From Azolla caroliniana (Eukaryota > Plantae > Polypodiophyta): 64,000 nt of DNA. Each line of letters begins with the position of its first letter. Positions within the stretch are counted from its first letter, which is position 1. The stretch spans positions 19,902,001-19,966,000 of the forward strand of contig JBHGNT010000011.1 in assembly GCA_043228905.1 (NCBI GenBank). Direction: 5' to 3'. Position numbers and translations under genes: made by a program. This document shows positions 24,181 to 35,816 of this stretch, one piece after another. The notes beneath the pieces were generated by a model. That model was not told where the DNA came from, did not search any database, and worked only from the letters and a program-made list of their open reading frames with translations.

Positions 24181-25330
24181 AAATGAGTGGGCTAACTATT
24201 AACATGGACAAAGCAAAAATGACGAAACAAAAATGATGGCAATTAAGGGAATACAACCAGAACATTACCCCTTTACATACAAGGGAGAACCAATACAAGT
24301 GGTGCAACGCTTTAAATATCTTGGTATTCACGTCCCATTGACAAATGGGTGGAATGTATGCTATGAGTTCCAACTTCAGGTGGGTTCGAATAGTTATTAT
24401 ATGTTCGAGAATCAATGTAACCAAAGTGATACTCGAGGATGGGAAGTGAGGGGTTGATGGTATTCAATCCTATACTCCTCCAAATGTTGCTTTATGGAGT
24501 GGAAATGTGGGTTGGCACTATCTCAATTATGTAAACAATTGGGGTTTAAATCCTCAACATCCTATCCTATAAAGCTATTAGAAACAAGTGTTCTTTGTCC
24601 ATAGAGGTGCTACTAATGCAAAGAGTACACAAGTATATGACAAAAGTCAAGAATACCTCATAATAGATTGCTTAAAAAAGCTTGAAACATAGGATGCAAG
24701 GTACAAAAAGCTAATAACAATAAAATCCTCTCATCTAGTTGGGTACTTTGACATTATGAAATGGTTTAAGAGATGGCAAATAAAAGATGTATTGGTGTGA
24801 TGCTATGAAGTATGTGATCATTAAGGTGAAATTACTGAAGCCGCCAAGGATGAAGCAAAAAGATGCTCAAATATCAAAATTGGAATATTACCTTGCTTAA
24901 TATTAACATTTACTATTGGCCCCAATACAAGGAAAAAAAGGCGGAACTTAATTATTGGAGACACCAAGGATGAAGTTGCAGGATGTTCAAATGTCAAAAT
25001 TGGAAAGAATGGCAGAACATAGTCAATAGCATGTTGCTAACCCCATGAGCCTTGGCTCTTGGGGAGCCTTAACACTTCTTCAAACTCACTCATACAAGTT
25101 TGGTATTGACCTGACCTTATGACATTATCATACAAACTTGAAGATATGCATGAAAACCTAGTGGAGGATGAATATCACTAACTTATCGCATGCTTAATCT
25201 AATACTAGGTAATTCGTGGGAAATATAATGACTTGTTAAACGATGATAATGTGTATCATACTCAAAAAGTTTCCCTCATAAGGGTGAGTACATATGTGTC
25301 TAAATTTTTTTCACATTGAGAGTTTTTACT
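24180..25330 (+). mobile_element. Decayed non-LTR retrotransposon RT C-terminal fragment
   Basis: GLTINMDKAK...EPIQVVQRFKYLG, typical of the end of a LINE RT domain; many stops; boundaries approximate. Confidence 0.6.
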
Positions 25331-25484
25331 ATAGAGTAGTAAACTTCTTCTTAGAAAGGAATCACATAAGATGATATGTTAATTTGGTCCCATAGGTCTA
25401 ATTTGGTCTCATTATGAACGATAAAATTTCTATTCTATTCTCCATATTAGAATTATATTTCAACGGTCAAGAACCCACGACCTT

Positions 25485-26113
25485 TGTGGGTGGAATGGAA
25501 ATAGCCCTTCTTTAAAGGTGGTGAATGGTACAGTTCAACCTGCAACTCAAGGAGATTCATTCTTCATACATGACCGGTACGTAGATGTTTGGTTTTTAGT
25601 GGTTGGCCTTACTGTTTGGCAAGTGTGGGTATCAAGGTGTAAGGAGTCGTTTACCGGGAAGCGAACCCCATCGGCTGAGAGTTTAATGATGATTTGGTTT
25701 AATCTGATTTCTACGCTACAAGGTAAGTTTGACAGCCTTCAAGGGCCCTCTGATGTGAGTGAAGTAGTTAGGCACCGCATCCTTCTTAAATGGAGAGGTT
25801 CTCCGATGTTACAGATGGTGGATGGCAATGCAAAGTGGATATATCAGCCACCCCGATGGTTGTTCCCTCCTAGGGTACCAAACATAGAGGTAGGTGTTGA
25901 ATTGTGAAGTGATTGGAGGGTGTCTTTGCTGAATGTGGGTTGTGTGAGGCTCATGTTGATGGGAGTCTGTCGAGTAATTATGTGACGAGGCTTTGTTGCT
26001 TCATTTATACATGATGTTTTCTTGTAGCCATTGCAAAGTGGTTTGTAACATATGAGTTGTATATTATTCTATGTACTTTTTCTTAACTAATGGAAGTAGA
26101 ATTTGGAAAAAAA
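25485..26113 (+). mobile_element. 5'-truncated L1 insertion with poly(A) tail
   Basis: 16-bp TSD AAGAACCCACGACCTT (25469-25484, 26114-26129), A-tail at ~26107-26113, and L1 ORF2 C-terminus TVWQVWVSRCKESF in ORF 25518-25907. Confidence 0.9.
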
Positions 26114-27332
26114 AAGAACCCACGACCTTCTAGACCCATGTACGAGTCTATAGCATGACCCACCATCTTGTTATGTGTGTTTTTTTTTATCTCAATGGCA
26201 AGACCTACTGTTAAAATACAAGGTTTTCTAGCTCGAAAACATGGGCGCAAATCCTACATTTAGATATAATTATGGAATTCCCTTAAACAACACACTAGAT
26301 TGGGGTCTAGAACCAATGACCTCATGGTCTTCAAACATATGACATGAGAATTTGAAGTGTACCCTAACTCTCTTTGTCTCTCTCTAAAACCACACAATTA
26401 TATTAATTGTATGTAAAAATCAATATTAAAACTTCTTAGCCTTCTCTAATATGATTGAGCATATCTTTATCTCTCTTTCAAACTGCAATCACACATACCC
26501 TTCAACATTCGTGAACAATTGCTTCAATACGACTTGTTGCACCTTTTGTTCGTGATTGATATCACCCATGCTAGGATATATATATATATATATATACATA
26601 TATGGTAGGTCTGTATTCTCACGTAAACTTCCAAATGGTTTAGGAAAAGGGTTTTGGAAAACCCCTTAGGAGATGAGTTTTTAACAATGTATACATGGAA
26701 AGCAAGGAAATGCATGAAAAGAAGCATTTATTTACGAATGTAATGTTTTGTGACTCATTCAAAAAAACGGGGCCACGTGATGGTATTACTAAGTTACATA
26801 CAATAGGTGTTGCCACAATTCTATGTGTGTGTTGGAGCAAGAGGATGATGTTCGACCTATCTTTGTAGCTACCTAGGAGGAAGCCATAGATGAAGTTGTT
26901 ACTATCAACAACCTCACCCAAAGGAAAATATAGTCTTGATATTAAACAAGCTTCCCGAATAGTAGGGAATGTTCATTATTAAGAATAACAACATTCAATC
27001 ACTTTCCATTTTTTGGAAAAAAACTAAATCAGTTTCAAAGTTACAAAAATGTGTCATAAGGAGATTTGGCAACAAAAGAAAGTACCAAGTCAACCAATAG
27101 CCATGGTTGCAACAATCAACAAATATTAGCAATATCAGCCAACTAACTAACAACGACTTAAATCTTGGAGAGACAAAGCCCCGAAGTCAAACAAATCAAG
27201 TAACACATATGGTGGATGAAGAAGTAATACATATGGCACTCAACAAAGCGAAAGATTCAAGGTGACATGTTGAAATTGTAAAAGCAATGAACATACAAAG
27301 AGAAAGTGTTGATTCATGCAACTAGTGTGGAA

Positions 27333-27945
27333 ATCCAATTTCGCTCTCTTGTCCTTTGCCATATGCACATAAGCTAGACACCCGAATACCTTCAGATGTT
27401 GGTAAGACACGTCTTTACCGGTCCATACTCTCTATGGTGTGTCTCCGTCCAAGGGTGATGAGGGTGATGATTTGTTTATCACATAGGTTGTTTTCATCAA
27501 CGCCTCAACCCAAAACATCTTGGGTAATTTTGCATGTGCTAGCATGCTCCAGACTCTCTCCATCACGGTCTGGTTCATCGTTTCGGCCAATCCATTCAGC
27601 TCCGGTGTCTTCGGCACGGTGAATTCGAACCAGATTCCCTTCGACTAGCAATACTCCTCGAACTGCCCTCGGTATTCTCCTCCATTGTCTGCTCGAACTG
27701 CCTTGAGCTTTTGGCCGGTTTCCCTTTCCACTCTCGCGTGGAGTTCCTTGAAGACGGATAGTACCTAATCATTTGTCTTCAGCGGTCAGACCCATAGTTT
27801 CTGGTTGTGGTCGTCTATGTATGAACGTCACGAAGTACTACGATCCGGCATATGACTTCGTGGCCACTTGGCATACATCAGTATGCACAAGTTCCAGTGG
27901 TGCATTCCGTCTCAACGGTGGTCTCGACCGGAAGGAGGTTCGGTT
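27333..27945 (-). mobile_element. LTR-less inverted integrase fragment of the young Copia family
   Basis: Minus strand reads TSFRSRPPLRRNAPLELVHTDVCQV...PKTPELNGLAE...AKDKR, colinear with ~30310-30910 and ~11100-11705. Confidence 0.85.
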
Positions 27946-28061
27946 AATGAAGATAAACCTAAATATTCCTCAAACATGTTGGGAGACAGGTCCCTCCGGA
28001 TGGGAAGGGAGAAGAACAGTGCCGACAAACAAACTCGGCCGAGGCCGAATCCGTATAAGGT

Positions 28062-28386
28062 GGACCCGGCTACGGAGAGCCGGATGATACAGACCCGGTG
28101 AAGACCAGATGAGGAGTACCCGGTTACGGAGAACCGGACGGTACAGGCCCGGTGAGAACCGGATGAGGAGTACCCAGTTACGGAGAACCGGATGGTACAG
28201 GCCCGGTGAGAACCGGAAGAGGAGTACCCGGCTACAGAGAGCCAGATGGTGCAGACCCGGTATGAACCGGATAAGGAGTACCCGGCTACGGAGAGCCAGA
28301 TGATACAGGCCCGGTGAGAACCGGATGAGGAGCACCCGGCTACGGAGAGCCGGATGACGCAGACTCGGTGAGAACCGGAGGAAGAG
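28062..28386 (+). repeat. Tandem array of six ~54-bp CCGG-rich units in U3 of the E 5' LTR (repeated at ~33013-33338)
   Basis: Unit e.g. TACCCGGTTACGGAGAACCGGACGGTACAGGCCCGGTGAGAACCGGATGAGGAG; gives 18-aa periodicity in the overlapping ORFs. Confidence 0.9.
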
Positions 28387-28542
28387 GCATATTCGTAAAT
28401 ATGTTTCTGAGAGCCCTTCGAGGCTATATTTGTAAATAGCCGAAAAGTCATATTAGTATAAATATGACTTAGGGCAAACTTTTAGTGTTGTTGTTGTTGT
28501 CATTCTTGTTGGTGCAAGAATAGAGAGTGTGTGTAACTGTAC

Positions 28543-28575
<33 letters not shown>

Positions 28576-28881
28576 GAGGTCATTGCCTCTGTTGTAACCG
28601 CCGCCTGTGGCGAAGATCGTGAGCACGAGGTCGTTGCCTCCGTGAATTCACTGTTTTGTACATTCTTACATAGTGACAGTTTGCAGCCCGTGGGCTGCCG
28701 TGGTTTTTCCCCTAGTTTGGGGATTTCCACGTAAACCTCCTGTGTATCTTTCTCCTCTTTGTGTCATGTTTTCGTTTCCTGTTTTTCTATGTATGAAAAG
28801 AATCTCGGTTGTGGCCAAGCTTAGTGCATAAGGAGCGTTGAGTTCCCGTCAAGTGGTATCAGAGCGAAATCGACATAGAAA

Positions 28882-31800
28882 ATGGACGAATCATTTGGCG
28901 GCATGTTCAAGCTCACCGGCTCCAACTATTCAGTATGGAAGTCAAAGATGAGGGACATGCTCGTTGTTAAAGACCTCTGGCTGCCGGTTCAGTTCGGGGA
29001 CAAGAGACCGGACAAAATCGACGCCGCGATATGGGAGGTGATGCACATGAAGACAACGGCGTACATACGGTGCTTCATCGACATGAGCCTGTACAACAAC
29101 TTCAATGAAGAGAGCAAGGCTCATGAGCTCTGGGAGAAGATCGGCATAATGTTTCAAAACAAAAATGTTGTTAATCAGGTTTCGGTATTCCGGAAGCTAG
29201 TAAGACTCTGGTACCGAGATGGCTCCAGCATGGCGGAACATATGAATGCCTTCCAGGGGCTGATACACCAGGCAACGTCATTGGAAGTACCTCTTGCCGA
29301 TGAGGTACTAGCGCTACTCCTGCTCGGTTCCCTCCCGGATAGCTGGGAGTCGTTGGTTGTCACTTTGGGCAACGCCGGGCCGGAAGGAAAACGGTTATCC
29401 CTAGCAAGAGTAAAGTCGAGCTTGCTAGATGAGGAGGCGCGTCGGAAGGATAAAGATACGAGCTCCGACTCCAAAGCGCTCCTTACCGAATCGGAACGCG
29501 GAAGACATAGAAACCGTAGTCCCTAGAACCGGGAGAAGTCGGGGACACGGTCAAAGTCAAGGGGGAGGCCTACTTGCTTCTATTGCGGCAAGCCGGGACA
29601 CTTCCAAAAGAACTATCGGCATTTCCGTAAAGACAAGGAAACCGACGGTACCGATTCGAAGCAAACCTCGGACCGGAACAGTAAAGACCGGAGGGGGCCG
29701 GACCGGAAGGGAACGACGGCAATCGCGGCAAGTGAAGAAGAGTTGATGCTCATCACTGAGGAGTGTGAGATAAACCTTGCCGGCGACGAGATGACCTGGG
29801 TGGTAGACTCCGGAGCATCGTTCCACCTTACCCCGGACCGGAAATGCTTCTCATCCTACTCAGCCGGTGATCACGGTTGTGTCCGGATGGGGAATGAAGG
29901 TACATGCCGAATTGTCGGCATAGGAGACATGTGGCTGTCAACACCAACCGGATGCAAGTTACTACTGAAGGATGTCCGACACGTTCCGGAAGTTCGTCTG
30001 AACCTGATATCAGCCGGTTGGCTAGATGATGAAGGCTACACGGGTAGCATCCGGAATGGTGTCATGAAGTTCAGCAAAGGGAGCCTGATTGTGGCTCGGG
30101 CCCGGAAGGTAAACACATTGTACCTGATGAATGCCCGATTATGTCCGGAAGAAGTGAACGTGGCATCCGACATTGCCGGTGAGTTGTGGCACAAGAGGTT
30201 GTGTCACATGAGCGAGAAGGGGATGAAGAGGCTTGCAGACGACAACCTCATTCCAGTGAAGAACGTGCACTTGGAGAAGTGCACTGATTGTCTGGCCGGT
30301 AAGTAAAACCGGACCTCCTTTCGACCAAGGCCACCGATGAGACGTAATGCACCACTGGAGTTGGTGCATACTGATGTGTGTCAAGTAGACACGAAGTCAC
30401 ATGCAGGAGCGCAGTACTTCGTAACGTTCATAGATGACCACAGCTGGAAGCTGTGGGCCACACCGTTGAAGACAAAGGATCAGGTGTTATCCGTCTTCAA
30501 AGAGCTCCACGCGAGAGTGGAAAGAGAAACCGGCCGGAAGCTGAAGGCGGTTCGAGCAGATAACAGAGGAGAGTACCGGGGGCAATTCGAGGAGTACTGC
30601 CGCTCGAAGGGAATCCGGCTCGAATTTACCGTGCCGAAGACGCCGGAACTAAATGGACTGGCCGAGAGGATGAACCGGACCATAATGGAGAGGGTCCGGA
30701 GTATGCTAGCGCATGCAAAACTGCCCAAGAAGTTTTGGGCTGAGGCGCTGTCGACGGTGACATACGTGATAAAGAGATCACCCTCAATACCCTTGGACGG
30801 AGACACATCACAGAGAGCGTGGACCGGTAAGGAAGTATCCTACCGGCATCTGAAGGTGTTCGGGTGTCTCGCTTACGTGCATGTAGCTAAGGACCGGAGA
30901 GGTAAGTTAGATCCAAAGACCCGGCCATGCATATTCCTCGGTTACGGTGACGATGAGTTCGGCTACCGAGTGTGGGACCCGGTCGACAATAAGGTATTCC
31001 GGAGTCGAGATATTATCTTCATGGAGGACAAGACGCTCGCCGACTGGGAGTCGGAGAAGAAGATAATGAACTCTGAGTCGACCGGTAAGGATAGACTCTA
31101 CGATGAGCAGACCCAACCGGCAAGAAACCGGTTAGCACTCGAGGAACCAGCCGGTTACGGTGAGGATACCGAACCGGCAGAAGAAGAAGTAGAGGAAACT
31201 GAGACCGGAACCGGCCAAGACCCCGAATCAGATTCGGATGAAGAGCAAATGGAAGAGCCGGTCACCGAAGCCCAGAGACGGAGATATCCTCTCAGAGAGA
31301 GAAGGGCCCCCCGGAGATTTCCGGATGCAGAACATGTTCTACTGACCGATGAGGGGGAGCCAGAAAGCTTCGAAGAAGCGAGGGAAGACACCCACAGCCG
31401 AAAATGGTTAAGTGCCATGCAGGACGAGATGGATTCCCTGCATGAGAACCATACATACGAATTGGTGGAGTTGCCGAAAGGAAAGCGGGCACTCCGAAAC
31501 AAGTGGGTGTACAAGTTGAAACCGGGAGATGCCGGCAATCCCCCGAGATACAAAGCCAGGATCGTGGTGAAGGGGTTCCAGCAGAAGAAGGGCGTGGACT
31601 TCGACGAGATATTTGCCCCGGTAGTAAAGATGACCTCTATCCGGACGGTGCTGAGTATAGCAGCAAGCATGGACCTTGAGGTAGAGCAGTTGGACGTGAA
31701 GACGGCATTCCTTCACGGCGACCTCGAAGAGGAGATCTACATGCAACAACCGGAAGGATTTGTGGAGAAAGGGAAGGAGCACCTAGTATGCCGGTTGAAG

Positions 31801-32904
31801 AAGAGCCTGTACGGACTGAAGCAGGCTCCCCGGCAATGGTACCGGAAGTTCGACTCCTTCATGACCGATCAAGGGTACCACAAGACGTAGGCCGATCACT
31901 GCGTGTTTGTGAAGAAGTTCGAAGGAGGGGACTTCCTGATACTCCTCCTGTACGTGGATGACATGTTGATCGTCGGACGAGACCAAGTAAAAATACGGAT
32001 GCTGAAGAAGGCTCTCAACCGGACCTTCTCAATGAAAGACTTGGGTCCAGCAAGACAGATGCTGGGGATGCACATCATTCGGGACCGGTCAGTGAAGCAA
32101 TTATGGCTGTCACAAGAGAAGTATGTGACAAAGGTGCTTCACCGGTTCAACATGTCAGAAGCGAAACCGGTCGGATCGACACTTCCGACAAACTGCAGGC
32201 TATCCGGTAAGCAAAGCCCGAAGACGAAAGCAGAGAAGGCAGATATGATGAAGATTCCATATGCCTCCGCCGTCAGGAGCTTGATGTACGCAATGGTGTG
32301 TACCCGACCGGACATAGGATACGCAGTCGGAGTGGTGAGCCGGTTTATGAGCAATCCCGGCAAGGAGCACTGGAACGCGGTCAAATGGATACTCTGGTAT
32401 TCGAAGGGCACTTCAAATACATGTCTCCGATTCGGCTCCGGAAAACCTCAACTAGACAGTTTCACCGATTCGGACATGTCGGCTTATGTGGATACCAGCC
32501 GGTCTACATCCGGGTATGTAATGACATATGCAGGGGGAGCTATTTCGTGGCAGTCGAGGCTGCAGAAGGCGGAGTACATGGCGGTTGTGGAAGCCGGCAA
32601 GGAAATATTATGGATGAAGGACTTCATCGGAGAGCTCGGTATCCGGCAAGAGGAATACCGACTCTACTACGACCGTCAAAGTGCCATCCACCTTGCTAAG
32701 AATGCGGCCTACCATTCTCGGACGAAGCATATCCAGCGAAGATATCACTGGATCCGGGAAAGAGTAGATGACCAGGAGTTCGCACTGACGAAGATCCACA
32801 CAACCGAGAACGGGTCAGATATGCTGACCAAAGTGCTGACACTCGACAAGTTGGACACATGCCGGAAGCGGATCGGACTAGTAAGACACCCCATGCCGGA
32901 GTGA
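28882..32904 (+). pseudogene. Copia E gag-pol; in-frame stops at 29524, 30304 and 31888, and a 24-bp RNase H deletion
   Basis: Same motifs as A (WVVDSGASFH, VHTDV, LLYVDD). TVALSTTE is missing between LQK and AEYM. Confidence 0.93.
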
Positions 32905-35785
32905 AGGGGGAGTTTGTTGGGAGACAGGTCCCTCCGGATGGGAAGGGAGAAGAACAGTGCCGACAAACAAACTCAGTCGAGGCCGATAGGCCGAGGCCGA
33001 ATCCGTATGAGGTAGACCCGGCTACGGAGAGCCGGATGATACAGACCCGGTGAAGACCGGATGAGGAGTACCCGGTTACGGAGAACCGGACGGTACAGGC
33101 CCGGTGAGAACCGGATGAGGAGTACCCGGTTACGGAGAACCGGATGGTACAGGCCCGGTGAGAACCGGAAGAGGAGTACCCGGCTACGGAGAGCCGAATA
33201 GTGCAGACCCGGTATGAACCGGATGTGGAGTACCCGGCTACGGAGAGCCGGATGATATAGGCCCGGTGAGAACCGGATGAGGAGCACCCGGCTACGGAGA
33301 GCCGGATGACGCAGACCCGGTGAGAACCAGAGGAAGAGACATATTCGTAAATATGTTTCTGAGAGCCCATCGAGGCTATATTTGTAAATAGCCAAAAAGT
33401 CATATTAGTATAAATATGACTTAGGGCAAACTTTTAGTGTTGTTGTTGTCATTCTTGTTGGTGCAAGAATAGAGAGTGTGCGTAACTGTACAGAGAGAGA
33501 GAGAAAGAGAGAAAGAGGTCATTGCCTCTGTTGTAACCGCCGCCTTTGGCGAAGATCGTGAGCACGAGGTCGTGAACTCACTGTTTTGTACATTCTTACA
33601 TAGTGACAATTTGCAGCCCGTGGGCTGCCGTGGTTTTTCCCCTAGTTTGGGGTTTTCCACGTAAACCTCCTGTGTATCTTTCTCCTCTTTGTGTCGTGTT
33701 TTCGTTTCTTGTTTTTCTGTGTATGAAAAGAATCTCGGTTGTGGCCGAGCTTAGTGCATAAGGAGCGTTGAGTTCCCATCAAAACAATGGAGAAGATAAG
33801 AATGAAGAAGTATATATACAAGCTTATAATATCAATACGAATGAAGGAGTAAATCAACGAGATCATAGTACCTTGCTTCTCCATATGGGTGCTACACACC
33901 ACCTTACATATCAAAAGGATGGACTGAAGGAATATCAAGAATTATCGGCCCCACTAAGTGTTGTATTTGGAGACAATGCACAGAAATTAGTTATGGAAAA
34001 AGTAACATTTTCTTGATAACGATAAATGATCATCACTTAAAAACTACAAATGTATTTTATATTTGAAGTTGCAAAGCACTTGTTAGTTGGACAAGCTATG
34101 TAACTAATAATTCAAATTCGCCAAAAACCAACCCATGATACATCTGGATAAAGACAAGAATAAAGTAATAGTATGCACTGAGCAAGGTCACCTATATCTT
34201 GTAACAACAAGACAAAGAAGTGTTATCAATTGTGGTATATCATAATCATTATCAAGATCATTTCTTTCGCACATACCTTTGGTATTCTAAGCTTGGACAC
34301 ATACATATTCGAACAATGCAAAAATGTCAAACACAGAAATATGTATGAGGCTTGCCGACAATAAGTTTCAAAACCATTAAGTTATGTGAAGGGTGTCTCT
34401 ATGGAAAAATGTAACATAAATCATTTTCCTCAAGCTACACAAACAATAGTGACCCACAACAACTAGTACTTTCTAATCTTTGTAGTTCATTTTCTATTCC
34501 ACCCATCTCCTGGGCAAAATACTTTATCACATTCATAGACAAACACAACAAGATTGACTATAGTCAATATATTGAAGCATAAGGGAGAAACTTTTCAACA
34601 TTCAGTGCATTTAAATGTCGTCTAGAAAATCAAACATGCAATTGAAACCATTGATATTGACAATGGACGAGAGTTTCCCTCTCAAGAGTCGGAAATGTTT
34701 TGCCAACAACATGGAATTCTTGGCAACAAAATGCTTGCAAAAAAGCAAATAGGCAATATTAACATCAAAATATGACACAAATGGATCGAACATATCAACT
34801 TACAAAAGTAATAGATAATGCAAACAAGAGGAATCCAAAGCAAACTTCATGAGAATTTAGTGAGTGTTGTGTGTGAAGCATGTTCATTTGGGATGCAACA
34901 TTGACATCAATTTCCAAAGGATCAAGATGTGACTAGTGGTGTCTTAGATGTCTTCCATCTAGATGTATGGATCTTGTGTAAAATTTAACAATCATTCTCC
35001 ACACACATGGGCGGGCCCTCTCTTCGATGTGAGACAAAGTATTGGGGTTACATGCAAGTAGAGTAGTCAAATACACTATGAAGATTGTGAGTTTTAATAT
35101 GACAATCAATCGCAATGCTCCAACTTTGATCGCATTCAAGACTATTTTCTTTATAATGTCAATCTGAAGATATTCCTAAACACATTTCTTTCCTATTCAA
35201 AATGGCATTTTCAAATGCATCATTAACCTTCAATCACTTTCTAATTTGGATTCTTTCTACACAAGGTCTTTGAACTTTTGGAATTGTCCAACTGCTTCAC
35301 TCTTTGAACTCATCAAGAATTTACTCTAACATGTATCGATGAGCTATGGTATCCTTATTTGGAGAAGAAGAAGATTTTGCAGTAATGTTGCAACATAAGA
35401 AATATGGTATACATGAAATAATATGTGAAACATATTCTATTACAATTTTTGTGTATCATGGATTCCAATCCCATTGGGATGCATTGCACTTCATAATGCC
35501 TTTGACAAATTCCTTGGTGAATCTAGCATTTTTGCAACACCAACATATCAATGCTTTTGAGAGATATGGAAACCCACAAATCACACATTGTACTGCTTCT
35601 GTTGCACCATGCTACAAAATTGGCTTCTCCCCCAAATGGGAAATCCACATTCACACATGACAGAGCCCATACTATCATTGCTTTCATTCAATTTTGTTTT
35701 TTCCCAATATTTTTATCCTAAAATTATAACTACATACATTTTTGAATTGGTCACAATGTCCACTCTTAATTTCAATGAACACTAG

Positions 35786-35816
<31 letters not shown>

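Larger units (their letters stand above)
27977..33781 (+). mobile_element. Full-length Copia ('E'); LTRs 27977-28851 and 32915-33781
   Basis: TG...CA LTRs, TSD AAACA (27972-27976, 33782-33786), PBS TGGTATCAGAGC at 28854 and PPT GAAGGGGGAG. The LTRs differ by many transitions and small indels. Confidence 0.96.
26950..34760 (+). mobile_element. Very decayed AT-rich Copia gag-PR-IN ('H'); host of element E and of an inverted integrase fragment
   Basis: Degenerate zinc knuckle at ~27268-27310. The frame continues after 33786 with LHMGATHH (PR-like), then CEGC and YFITFID remnants. Boundaries approximate. Confidence 0.65.

Noticed and set aside
28062-28386. Regular repeat array resembling a CRISPR array
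   Set aside because: The units are contiguous tandem copies with no unique spacers, lie inside both LTRs of a Copia, and there are no cas genes; the context is eukaryotic.
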